The position numbers and the translations under genes are program-made. Under the pieces are notes generated by a model, which worked only from the letters and a program-made list of their open reading frames with translations, ran no database searches and was not told the DNA's origin. This document shows, in pieces, positions 43,653-53,823 of a stretch of DNA of 64,000 bases. Each line of letters begins with the position of its first letter. Positions within the stretch are counted from its first letter, which is position 1. The stretch comes from Pelagomonas calceolata (Eukaryota): NCBI GenBank assembly GCA_918797485.1, contig CAKKNE010000005.1, positions 930,001 to 994,000 of the forward strand, given 5' to 3'.

Positions 43653-45634
43653 ATGGGCTGGCTCTTCGGCGAGACGGTCAAGAAGGACGCGAACTACCAC
43701 GGCTGCCGCTACGTCTGGGGCAAGCTCCACCAAAAAGAAAGCGACTTAGTGAAGCTCAAAAAAGTGTTTGACGCCGCCGACCGGTCGGGCGACGGCGAGG
43801 TCGACATCCACGAATTTTTGATGTATCTGGACGTCGAGCGGACCAAATTGATCGAGCACATCTTCCGCCAGTTCGACACCGACGGTGGGGACAGTCTCTC
43901 ATTTAAAGAATTTGCGCTGGCGCTGTGGACCTTCGCGTCGCTGGATATCAATGGCATCGGGCGGTTCACGTACGAAATATATAAAAATGACCAGCGCGAT
44001 GGCATCGACGGTAGTGGTATTACGGATTTTATTGAAGGGGTGAGATCTCGGCGTTTTGAGGTGTTGTGGTGGTTTCTTTGTCGACTTTGAGGCCAATCGT
44101 GATGCTCCGCGCAGGTGTTCGGGAAGGGGAACGTCGCTGGGCGCGAACGCGCTCGCAACGAGCTCGAGAGGATCCGGCGGGAGGAGGGCGGCGTCATCGA
44201 TCGGTATGAATGGGAGGAGTTCGTCCGTGACTCGGTGTGATTTCCGAACTTCGAGTCGACGGCGTCGTCGCGATGCCGCGCCGCCTCGACGCCGTGTCGC
44301 GACGCCGTCGTTCGACACAGGTCGAAGAAAACGCGAAAAGTTCCTTGGGGCCCCTCATACGCATGCATAGAGTATTGTGTGGAAAGACGCTAGGTCTCAA
44401 GTTCTGGGAAAAGGCCAGGAAGGGCCGCGAGGAGCACTACGGGGAGCTGCCCTGGCCGGCGATCTCGAAGAACATAAGGGCGGGGGATCTGCGCGAGGAC
44501 GACCGCGAGATCTCGAAGCATGAGCACTCCTTTAAGGACTGTGTCTCTGCCGCATTTAAACATGCGGAGCATAAAAACTCGCTGCTCCAGAAAGACTACG
44601 ATAGAGCTCTCGAGCACTGCCAGAAGAACCTGTCGAGAAAAGCTGGAGACCGCGGCGACGAGCACCCGTGCTACGTCGACGTCCAGGTCGCGAAAGAGGC
44701 GATAGAAAAGCTCGAGGACCTCAAACGAAGTGAACATCGCATGGACAACCGCCTGTCGCGGGAGGAGTGGACGGACTGTTTCATGGAGGTGCGGCGCGGC
44801 GTCGGGTTACGCCATCGACGCGACGATGGTCCCACGCAGGTCTGGAAGGAGAAAGAAATGAGACGGCAGTTACTCTTAGATCCAAAGCCGCCGAAGCGCA
44901 AGAAGCAGCCGCTGCGGTTGAAGAAGGGCCAGGTCCAGCATGTGGTGAAAAAAGACGAGTGGGAGCCTCCTCCTAGAGCCCATTGCCCTCCTACGAGACC
45001 TCAGTCAGCTTCTGCTATGAGGAGAGAAAACAAGCACCAGAAGCTCGTCTGGAAGATGCACCGGAGAGACAAGCGCCAAAAAGAAAGTAGGCAGTCGTAC
45101 GCGGACTGGGCGCCGAGCATGCATTTACCCGAGGCGCCCGAGGCCCGACAAGCGGACCGGCCGAAGGTCGAGATGGGCAACTTCTTCGACCTCGGGAACG
45201 ACAAGGCGACGGCCGCCGCCAAGAAAGCCAAGAAAGTCGAGGACGAGAAGAAGGCGCCTAAAAAAAAAGCGAAAGTTACAAGTTTCGGCCCCGGCGGCGG
45301 GACGAAGATGAAGACCACGGTCAAATTGTCGAAGGCTCGGTTCTCGGGCAACGCGTCCGTGGGCTCGACCCAAACACGCGCTTCTCGGATCTCGGTCCCG
45401 TCGCTGAAGGGCGCGGGCGGCGACCTGAACCTGCGCTGGGACATGAGCGTGGCCACGGGGTCCTTCGGCGGCGGCCGGTCCGTGGGCGGGCGGTCCGTGG
45501 CTTCTCGTACTCATCGGTCGAGCGCGTCGGTCACGTCGCGCGGCTCGTCGTCGTCGCGGCGGCCGAAATCCGCGAGCGCTTCCCTGAGTTCGTCGCGGTC
45601 GCGCCGGTCGCGCGTGGCGCTCGCGCCGGCGTAA
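43653..45634 (+). CDS. EF-hand calcium-binding protein; join(43653..44039,44115..44222,44321..44788,44840..45634)
   Basis: DRSGDGEVDIHE and DTDGGDSLSFKE EF loops; three phase-0 introns. Confidence 0.75.
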
Positions 45635-45805
45635 TGATGTGGTGTTGTTAGTTAGTCCCCCCTCGGCGCCGTCGCCGCGGTCACTTCTGGTGCTCCTCGA
45701 GGAGCGCGACGACGGGGACGAGTGGCCCGCTGCCTTATGCTGCCTTTAACGCTACAGCTACTTGAAAACTTAATATTCCATGACGCCATTCTGATGCTCC
45801 AAACT

Positions 45806-48800
45806 CTAGCACACCATACAAGCCCCACTTGACCTAGAGTGCTTTTTGAGCAGCGCGACGACGGCCGAGTGGCCCATTTCTTCCGCGATGGACAGCGGCG
45901 TTTCGCCGTCCTCGTCCGCCTTATTAACGTCCGCGCCGTTGTCCAGCAACAGCCGCACCGCGTCGACGTGGCCCTGATCGCAGGCGGCGTACAGCGGCGT
46001 AAAGCCGTCCTCGTCCGCCCGGTCGACCTCCGCGCCTTTATCTAACAGCAGCCGCGCCACGTCGACGTGACCCTTCTCGCAGGCGACGTACAGCGGCGTC
46101 GCGCCGTCCTTCTTTGCGTCTACCTCTGCGCCACCGTCCAGGAGTGGAGTCATCGCCTCGACGTCGCCGGTCCTTGCCGCAGCGTGAAGTGGGAACTTCG
46201 AATCCAAGTGTTCCTCGAGCAGCGCGACAACCGCGTCATGATCATTACGCTTCGCTATGTCCAGCGGCCTTCTGCCTCGCTTATTCGCCCGGTCGACCAC
46301 CGCGCCTTTATCTAACAACAGCCGCACCGCGTCGACGTGGCCGTTCTCGCAGGCGATGATCAGCGGCGTCGTACCGTTCTCCTGCGCCCGATCGACCTCC
46401 GCGCCATTGTCCAGCAGCACCCGCGCCGCGCCGACGTGGCCCTCCTGGCAGGCGACAATCAGCGGCGTCTCATCGTACTTATTCGCCCGGTCGACCTCCG
46501 CGCCTTTGTCCAGCAACAGCCGCGCCGCGTCGACGTGGCCGGTCTGGCAGGCAATGTACAGCGGCGTAAAGCCGCCCTCTCTCGCCCGGTCGACCTCGGC
46601 TCCTTTATCTAACAACAGCCGCACCACGTCGACGTGGCCGTTCTGGCAGGCAACGATAAGTGGGGTCACTCCTGAGTCCGAGTCCGAGTCCGAGTCCGAG
46701 TCCGAGTCCGAGTCCGAGTCCGAGTCCGCGCTCTCCTTCACCCGGTCGACCTCCGCGCCATTATCTAAAAGCAGTCGCACAGCGTCGACGTGACCATTCT
46801 GGCAGGCGACATGCAGACCCGTAGTCCCCTCCTTGTCGGCGCAATTCACATTGGCGCCGTGCTCGAGACATAACCGCATCGCGCCGAGATTCTGGTTCCG
46901 ACTAGCAACAAGAAGCGGCCTCGCCCCATCCAAGCACAAATCGACAGCTGCACCTCGCTCCACCAATAGCGTCGCCACGTCGACGTGTCCAAGAGCACAC
47001 GCAATCCCAAACGGCGACCAATCACCCTCACGCCGCTTATCAACCGCGGCGCCCGCATCAAGCAGCACGCGCACGACATCGACGTGCCCTTTCAAACTCG
47101 CGACGAACAGTGGCGTATAACCGTCACTATCTTCCTGATCGACGCCAGCGCCCTGCTGAACAAGATCGCTTATTGCGGCGACGTCACCCTGATAGCATGC
47201 TAGCGTCAGTGGCGTCGTGCCGCTCTCGACGCGCAACTCCCCCCACCGCTTCCCGAAAGCCACGAAGTGCCCGCTCGTGTCGCGCCCGACGGTCAAAGCC
47301 CAAACAGTATCATCAAAAGCAACCACTCGCAGCGCCGCGCCGCCCTTGTTTGCGTCCCACACCCGCAAAGTCTTGTCCAGCGACCCGCTCGCGAGCCGCG
47401 TCTCGCCCGTCGCCGGGTCCGCGAAGGGCATCAGCGCCATAACAGGTGCCGTGTGTCCCCCGAGCACAAACAACGCCGCGCCGCCCGCGGCCAAGTCCCA
47501 GACGCGCACCTTGTTGTCTATTGATCCGCTCGCGAGGCGAAGGCCACCCGCCGCCGGGTCTTCGAAAACGGTCAACGCCCACACCGATTCCGTGTGTCCC
47601 TCGAGCACGACCAATGCCTCTCCGCCCGCAACCGGGTCATATGTGCGCACCTTCCCATCACCACGTGCACCACAAGCGAGCCGCGGCGCGCCCGTCGCCA
47701 GGTCCGTGAAGACTGCCAGCCGACCACGTCCATCGGGCACTCGAGTCACAATAGCGGGTCCAACATCTAACACAACGCGGCGCGTCGTGGGCCAGTGGGG
47801 CGGCGCAGGCGGCGCAAGCAGCGCCTCGCCACCGGCGACCGGATCGTAGATGCGCACCTGCTCGCCCGCTGCACAAGCTAAACGCAGCTCGCCCGTCGCC
47901 GGGTCTTTGAAGACCGCCAGCGCAAATGCAGCCACATCAATCACGACCATCGCCTCGCCGCCCGCGACCGGGTCGAAGACGAGCACCTTATTGCCAGAAC
48001 CACAAGCAAGTCGCGGCCCGCCCGTCGCCGGGTCCACAAAGAACGCCAGCGCTTCCACTCTCTCGCCGCCGTCGATCACGAGCAGCCCACCGCCAGTCTC
48101 CGCGTCCCACACGCGAATCGTCTTATCATACGACCCGGTCGCGACCCGCAGCGCGCCTGTCGCCGGATCCACAAAGGTTAGCAAAGCATTCACATCGTGA
48201 GAGTGCCCCTCGGACTCTGCCTTGATCGCCGCGCCGCTCGCCGCCGGGTTCCAGACTCGGACGTCAGTCGATCCGCTCACGAGGCGCGGCTCGCCCGTCG
48301 CCGGGTCCGTGAAAGCTGTCAAAGCGTTTACATTGCCTGTGTGCCCCTCGAGCACGACCAGCGCCTCGCCGCCCGCAAGTGGGTCGAAGACGCGCACCTT
48401 TCTGTCGCCCGACCCGCTCGCGAGCCGCAGCGCGCCCGTCGCCCGGTCCTCAAATATCACCAGCGAGCTATCGCCCGCGTCGAGCACGAGCAGCGCCTCG
48501 CCGCCAGAAACCGCGTCGAAGACGCGCACCTTTCCGTCTTTACAGCCACACGCGAGCCTTGGCGAGCCCGTCGCCGGTTCCTTGAAGACCGCCAGTGCGA
48601 ACACGTCAGAACCAATATCTAGCACAAGCAGCGCGTCACCACCCACGACCGGATCAAAGATTCGCACCTTCCCGTCGTCCGACTCGCATGCAAGCCGCGG
48701 CGCGCCCGTCGCCGGGTCCGTGAAGACAGCCAGCTGACCACCTCCCTTGAGCACGACCAGCGCCTCACCGCCCGCAATAGGGTCAAAGATTCTCCCTCCA

Positions 48801-51706
48801 CAAGCAAGCCGCGGTGCGCCCGTCGCCGGGTCTGTGAAGACCGCCAGCTCACCACCCACTTCGATCACAAGCAGTGCCTCGCCACCGGCGACCGGGTCGA
48901 AGATGCGCACCATCCCATCTTCACATCCGCAAGCCAGACGCGACTCGCCCGTCGCCGGGTCTCTGAAGACCGCCAGCGCTTTCACCTTCGAACCCACCTT
49001 AATCACGACCAGCGCCGCGCCACCCGCGACCGGATCATAGATACTCACTCGCTCACCACCACCGCAAGCAACACGCGGCTCGCCCGTCGCCGGATCCACG
49101 AACGTCGCCAAGCAACGAGCACCAACCTCGATCCGGCAGCGCTCCGCCCCACCCGCCGCCGTCAGACCCATCGGCCGCACAGCCGAGAGCGAAATCTTGC
49201 TCGCGACGCGTCTCAGATCCTCGGCCAGGCGGCCCGCGGCCGACTCAGCGTTTGCGCGCGGCATCAACCGCTGCCACACTTGCTCGACCAATGGTACACC
49301 AAGCGCCATCGCGTTCCGCGACAACACCAAGGAGTCGGACAGCAGCAGTGTGTCCTGGCCCTGAAGAACGTTCAGGTCCGCCACGAAAGAAACAATGTCG
49401 CAGTCACTCCGCTTCAGCACGTACGACAGACTGCAGGCGACTGTGACAGCCTCACCCTCGTTTCTAGACCGCTTCATGTGAAACAAGCACCAGCGCAACG
49501 CGTAAGCATCCGCCGCCGCGCCGCCGTCGCCCTCCACGAATGAAGCCAGTGCCACGTCCGCGGCCGCGTCGCTCGAATACGACTCCGTATCCAGAACCCC
49601 AGCACGAATTGCCCGAGCACACGCCCGCGCCAGCCGCCGGTGCGCCGTGTCCCGTGCGACGAAGAACGCATCCTCAGAAGAGCGCTTGTCGAACGGCGCC
49701 TCGCCCGTCAGCCAGTCCGTGACAGTCTTATGTAAAACACCAATCACGTCGCCCTCGCGCAGCGGGAAGAGCAGCGATACGCCGTCACAGACCTTCTTGC
49801 ACCGCGCTCGATCCCAGCCCAGCGCACCACTCGCCGCGTCGACGGTCAGCGGCTCGGCCGCGGCACAGACAAGCTCGACCAGCGGCAGCGCGTCGCCCCA
49901 CGTGCCATCATCGACAAACACGCGTCGAAAGTTCTCCGCGTAGATCTCGTCGAGGCCCGCCGGCAGCGCGCCAACGCTCGCAAAGTCGATCTTGCCCGTC
50001 GTGGACGCGAGCTGGTCCGCGATGAGGCGCGCGTAGAGCATCAGTCCACCGGCCTTCCGTTCGAGCGAAGTGACAGCCGCGTCGAGCGCCGACGAGTTGA
50101 GACGCTCGGCAATAAAGGCCTCAAGCGCACCCGCGCCAACGCTTGTGCCCTCGCACATCTTCGGCAACGCCAGTCTAATCACCTCGTACTGCTCGTGGGC
50201 GATGTGCTTGGCATCCGCGACGCTCTTTAAATTCAGCTGAACCTCGGCGAGATGTTTTCGGCCGTCGTCGAGGCGCACGCTGACGTTCAAATTCATATCG
50301 CGGTAGCCGAGCGGCGTCGGACTGGCAAACTTGTTCTTTAATTGCGCGATCTCCAGCCCAAGGCTGCCGCCGTCCAATTCAGTCAGCACCTTCAGTAGGT
50401 CAGTAGCGCTCCCGGAAAGGACCGTCGCGCGCGAGAGGTCCCGAAACTTCTCGGGATGTGGCACCCCATTCTTGTCGGTGTACTTGTCCGCGAGCTTGCG
50501 CTCCGCGGATCCACGCCCTTTCACGCCCGGATCCGACACGTCGCCAGGGAGCGTCTTCAGCGCATCGACCAGAATTGTCTGCGCCAGCGATGCGTCGGCG
50601 TAGAGCTTGTCGAAGTCAGTCTCGTCTTGTATCAAGTCGAGACGTCGCTCCTTATACTTTTCGAGCTCGTGGATCCCAGCAACGCCGCGGACCGCCTCGT
50701 CGTACGCGCCCTTCGACCGGCGCAGCGGATCCTCGAGGTCGGCGAACGTGTCGAGATTCTTCAAGCCCGGGAACTTCGCCTCGACCTCATGCCGCAGCGA
50801 GTCCATCGTCACCTCGAGCTCGACGTGCTCCTTCGCGAGTTCAGTCAGGTACGCCCTCACGTCCTGACGGTTCCGCGCCTCGTCGACGCGGAGCTCCGAC
50901 GGCGTGTAGCCTGAGAGGGCAACTTTGATCTGCGCCTCGTCGCGGCTCGTCGCGACTATCTTGATCCACGGCGGCAGCGTCTTGAGCTCGTTCGCGAGCA
51001 GCGACAGCACGGGCTTAAGCGCGTCCCGCGGCAGCTCGTCGAGTGCGTCTATGATTAATACGAGGGCGTCATCCGCGCCTCGGGGCGCCTCGACGCCTCG
51101 CAGCGGCTTGGCTAATAAAGCCTCGAAGAGCTCGTCGACCTTGTCGGTCTCGACGCTCGCGCTCTTCTTGAGCGCGTCTTCGAAGCCCTGCACCGTCGCA
51201 GACAGCATGCCCGCGAGAGAGCGCAGCAGCACCGCTGGCGCCGATCGCGCCGGCTCGGTGTGCTTACAGAAATGCCACGCGGCCGCGTTTTGCTTGTCGA
51301 GCAGTCTCGCCAGCAGCTCGGCCGCTGCCACGCTCTTGCCGGTGCCGCCGCCGCCGACAAGCCAGAAGAGCTTCGCGCTATCCGGGTCGGTCCGCCAGCG
51401 GAGCACCGCCTCGAAGACCCATTCGCGCGTGCCGGGCAGGTGCTGCCCGCGCTTCTCGTTCACGATCGCCGAGAAGTCCAGCGCCTCTGCAGCGCCGGAG
51501 CGGTTGGTGCCGTGGAGCTTTTCGTAGAGCTCCTCGGAGATCGCGGCCTTGGCCTCGGCGTCCTTCCAGCACTTCAACGCCTCGTCCCTGGAGATCTTGG
51601 CGTCCGCGAACTTCTCCTCCCACGCGGGCTGCCACCTGGCGCCCGCGAGCTCCTTCGCCTCGGCAAGCGAGACCTCCACCGGCAGAGATGATACACCGCC
51701 GCCCAT
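45806..51706 (-). CDS. NLR-like STAND protein: NACHT NTPase with inserted RelA/SpoT-like domain, ~13-14 WD40-like repeats and ankyrin repeats
   Basis: GTREWV; Walker A GGGGTGKS; Walker B LIIDALDE; RDLSRAT, GYRD and EVQ; DPATG.PRLACG repeats; TPL..AC..GH ankyrins. Confidence 0.85.
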   Translation of the reverse strand: MGGGVSSLPVEVSLAEAKELAGARWQPAWEEKFADAKISRDEALKCWKDAEAKAAISEELYEKLHGTNRSGAAEALDFSAIVNEKRGQHLPGTREWVFEAVLRWRTDPDSAKLFWLVGGGGTGKSVAAAELLARLLDKQNAAAWHFCKHTEPARSAPAVLLRSLAGMLSATVQGFEDALKKSASVETDKVDELFEALLAKPLRGVEAPRGADDALVLIIDALDELPRDALKPVLSLLANELKTLPPWIKIVATSRDEAQIKVALSGYTPSELRVDEARNRQDVRAYLTELAKEHVELEVTMDSLRHEVEAKFPGLKNLDTFADLEDPLRRSKGAYDEAVRGVAGIHELEKYKERRLDLIQDETDFDKLYADASLAQTILVDALKTLPGDVSDPGVKGRGSAERKLADKYTDKNGVPHPEKFRDLSRATVLSGSATDLLKVLTELDGGSLGLEIAQLKNKFASPTPLGYRDMNLNVSVRLDDGRKHLAEVQLNLKSVADAKHIAHEQYEVIRLALPKMCEGTSVGAGALEAFIAERLNSSALDAAVTSLERKAGGLMLYARLIADQLASTTGKIDFASVGALPAGLDEIYAENFRRVFVDDGTWGDALPLVELVCAAAEPLTVDAASGALGWDRARCKKVCDGVSLLFPLREGDVIGVLHKTVTDWLTGEAPFDKRSSEDAFFVARDTAHRRLARACARAIRAGVLDTESYSSDAAADVALASFVEGDGGAAADAYALRWCLFHMKRSRNEGEAVTVACSLSYVLKRSDCDIVSFVADLNVLQGQDTLLLSDSLVLSRNAMALGVPLVEQVWQRLMPRANAESAAGRLAEDLRRVASKISLSAVRPMGLTAAGGAERCRIEVGARCLATFVDPATGEPRVACGGGERVSIYDPVAGGAALVVIKVGSKVKALAVFRDPATGESRLACGCEDGMVRIFDPVAGGEALLVIEVGGELAVFTDPATGAPRLACGGRIFDPIAGGEALVVLKGGGQLAVFTDPATGAPRLACESDDGKVRIFDPVVGGDALLVLDIGSDVFALAVFKEPATGSPRLACGCKDGKVRVFDAVSGGEALLVLDAGDSSLVIFEDRATGALRLASGSGDRKVRVFDPLAGGEALVVLEGHTGNVNALTAFTDPATGEPRLVSGSTDVRVWNPAASGAAIKAESEGHSHDVNALLTFVDPATGALRVATGSYDKTIRVWDAETGGGLLVIDGGERVEALAFFVDPATGGPRLACGSGNKVLVFDPVAGGEAMVVIDVAAFALAVFKDPATGELRLACAAGEQVRIYDPVAGGEALLAPPAPPHWPTTRRVVLDVGPAIVTRVPDGRGRLAVFTDLATGAPRLACGARGDGKVRTYDPVAGGEALVVLEGHTESVWALTVFEDPAAGGLRLASGSIDNKVRVWDLAAGGAALFVLGGHTAPVMALMPFADPATGETRLASGSLDKTLRVWDANKGGAALRVVAFDDTVWALTVGRDTSGHFVAFGKRWGELRVESGTTPLTLACYQGDVAAISDLVQQGAGVDQEDSDGYTPLFVASLKGHVDVVRVLLDAGAAVDKRREGDWSPFGIACALGHVDVATLLVERGAAVDLCLDGARPLLVASRNQNLGAMRLCLEHGANVNCADKEGTTGLHVACQNGHVDAVRLLLDNGAEVDRVKESADSDSDSDSDSDSDSDSDSGVTPLIVACQNGHVDVVRLLLDKGAEVDRAREGGFTPLYIACQTGHVDAARLLLDKGAEVDRANKYDETPLIVACQEGHVGAARVLLDNGAEVDRAQENGTTPLIIACENGHVDAVRLLLDKGAVVDRANKRGRRPLDIAKRNDHDAVVALLEEHLDSKFPLHAAARTGDVEAMTPLLDGGAEVDAKKDGATPLYVACEKGHVDVARLLLDKGAEVDRADEDGFTPLYAACDQGHVDAVRLLLDNGADVNKADEDGETPLSIAEEMGHSAVVALLKKHSRSSGACMVC
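46674..46727. repeat. (GAGTCC)9 microsatellite encoding a poly(DS) tract inside an ankyrin linker
   Basis: Nine perfect hexamers. Confidence 0.95.
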
Positions 51707-52075
51707 GCTGGGGCTGCCTGTGAGGGCTGTCTCAATTCAGCTGGAGGCTGCCTATCTTTCACTGGCGTGCAGGCTCGTGCCGGGACTCGCACTGCACTAC
51801 TGGCGCTGGGCAGCTCGATCGAGGCTGCCGGTCGGAGACCCGCACGCGGTGTAGGCGAGCGTTGCGTTGATCCGGGAGTATCTGCTTAGAAGGAAGTATG
51901 CTGTTATGAAAGACGCGGCCCGCGCCTGACTCGGCGACGCGCGGTGGCCCGAGCGCCCCGAGCGAACACACACTCAACCTTACACAACCCGAAAAAAGGG
52001 GCGTCACCGTCGGCGGCTCGGCCACGACCTCCTCGACGCGCCGGGCGACGCGCCTTCGAGAGAGGCTACACAATT

Positions 52076-53569
52076 TTAAATGCCCCTCGGTCGTCTCGTA
52101 AGCTCGCCCAAGAGCACGGGCTGCCTGCAAAACGGACACGGGGCTCGATTCGTCGGCGGGTTCGTCCGACACACTTCCGTGATGCACCTCCGGCAGAAGC
52201 TGTGGTTGCACTTCGTCCACGCGCGTTCGATGTACGGTCCGAGGCAGATAGAGCACTGGACGTCCGACTGCTGCCGTTGGGGGCGCGGCGGCCCGAGTGG
52301 TAGTGGTCGGGACTCCCCGAGGAAGCGCGTTGAATTCCGATGCTCCGCGAGCAGCGCGACGACGGCCGCGTGGTCGAACAATTTCGCGATGGCCAGCGGC
52401 GTCTCGCCGTCCTCGTCCGCCAGGTCAACCGCCGCGCCTTTATCTAACAACAGCCGCGCGACGTCGACGTGGCCTGTCATGCAGGCGATGTACAGCGGCG
52501 TAAACCCGCCCTCCGCCGCCCGATCGACGTCCGCGCCTTTCTCCAGCAGCAGCCGAGCCACGTTGACGTTGCCCTTCTCGCAGGCGACGATCAGCGGCGT
52601 CACACCGTTCTCCATCGCCCGATTGACGTCCGCGCCGTTGTCCAGCAACAACCGCGCCGCGTCGAGGTGGCCTGCCGCGCAGGCGAGGTGCAGCGGTGTC
52701 GTACCGTTCATTTTCGCCCGATTAACATCCGCGTTTTTTTGCAGCAGCAGCCGCGCCGCGTCGACGTGGCCCTTCGTGCAAGCGATGTACAGCGGCGTCT
52801 GCCCGTGCTTGTCCGCCCGATTGACCTCCGCGCCGTTCTCCAGCAACAGCCCCAGCAGATCGCCCGACGCCGATGGCACAGGCGGCAAGTCGCGCGGCGG
52901 CAGCGCGGGCGCCACCGACGAGTGGATCACGGTCCCGTCGGCGAGCGTCACGGTGCCGCCGGGTGACCGCGGCGGGATAGGTGGAGGCGCCAGGGCGACG
53001 TTGCCGTTCTGGCAGGCGACGATCAGCGGCGTCCTACCGTCCTTGTCCGCCTTATTAACGTCCGCGCCTTTATCCAGCAACAGCCGTGCCGCGTTGAGGT
53101 GGCCTGCCGCGCAGGCGAGGTGCAGCGGCGTCCTACCGTCCTTGTCCGCCTGATTAACGTCCGCGCCTTTCTCCAGCAGCAGCCGCGCCAGGTCGACGTG
53201 ACCGTTGCAGCAGGCGGCGAACAGCGGCGTTGTACCTTTCCAGTCCCCCTTCTCTACCGCCCGGTCGACCTCCGCGCCTTTGTCCAGCAGCAGTGAAACC
53301 ACCTCGACGTGGCCTCGCGAGCAGGCGATCAACAGCGGCGTCCTACCGTCCTTGTCCGGCCGATTGACCTCCGCGCCTTTCTCCAGCAACAGCCGCGCCA
53401 CGTCGAGGTGGCCTCGCGAGCAGGCGAGGTGCAGCGGCGTCGCGCCGTCCTTATACGCCTGATTAACGTCCGCGCCTTTATCTAACAAAAGCCGCACCGC
53501 GTCGACCTGGCCAATATCGCAGGAGAGGTACAGAGGCGTCGTAAGGTCGTGAGAGGGGCCGCAGCCCAT
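52076..53569 (-). CDS. Ankyrin-repeat protein with C-terminal RING finger (putative E3 ligase)
   Basis: About 11 ankyrin repeats; CSIC..CNH.FC..C..CPFC; MGC N-terminus. Confidence 0.9.
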   Translation of the reverse strand: MGCGPSHDLTTPLYLSCDIGQVDAVRLLLDKGADVNQAYKDGATPLHLACSRGHLDVARLLLEKGAEVNRPDKDGRTPLLIACSRGHVEVVSLLLDKGAEVDRAVEKGDWKGTTPLFAACCNGHVDLARLLLEKGADVNQADKDGRTPLHLACAAGHLNAARLLLDKGADVNKADKDGRTPLIVACQNGNVALAPPPIPPRSPGGTVTLADGTVIHSSVAPALPPRDLPPVPSASGDLLGLLLENGAEVNRADKHGQTPLYIACTKGHVDAARLLLQKNADVNRAKMNGTTPLHLACAAGHLDAARLLLDNGADVNRAMENGVTPLIVACEKGNVNVARLLLEKGADVDRAAEGGFTPLYIACMTGHVDVARLLLDKGAAVDLADEDGETPLAIAKLFDHAAVVALLAEHRNSTRFLGESRPLPLGPPRPQRQQSDVQCSICLGPYIERAWTKCNHSFCRRCITEVCRTNPPTNRAPCPFCRQPVLLGELTRRPRGI

Positions 53570-53823
53570 CGCTGCCTGTAAGGGGCTGCCTCAATTCACC
53601 TGGCGGCTGCCTATCTTTCACTGGCGTGCAGGCTCGCGCCGGGACCCGCACTGCAGCTGTTCCAGTACAAGCGCACCCCTCCAGCCTGAGTCCAGGCTCG
53701 ACCCCGCACGCCGAGCCCCGGCGCCAGTAGTCCTAGCACCGTAACAATGTATATTTCGATCTCCTCGATTGCGACAAACACCGAATCTTACAAAACACCC
53801 ACCACGCACGCCGTCGCGCAGGC

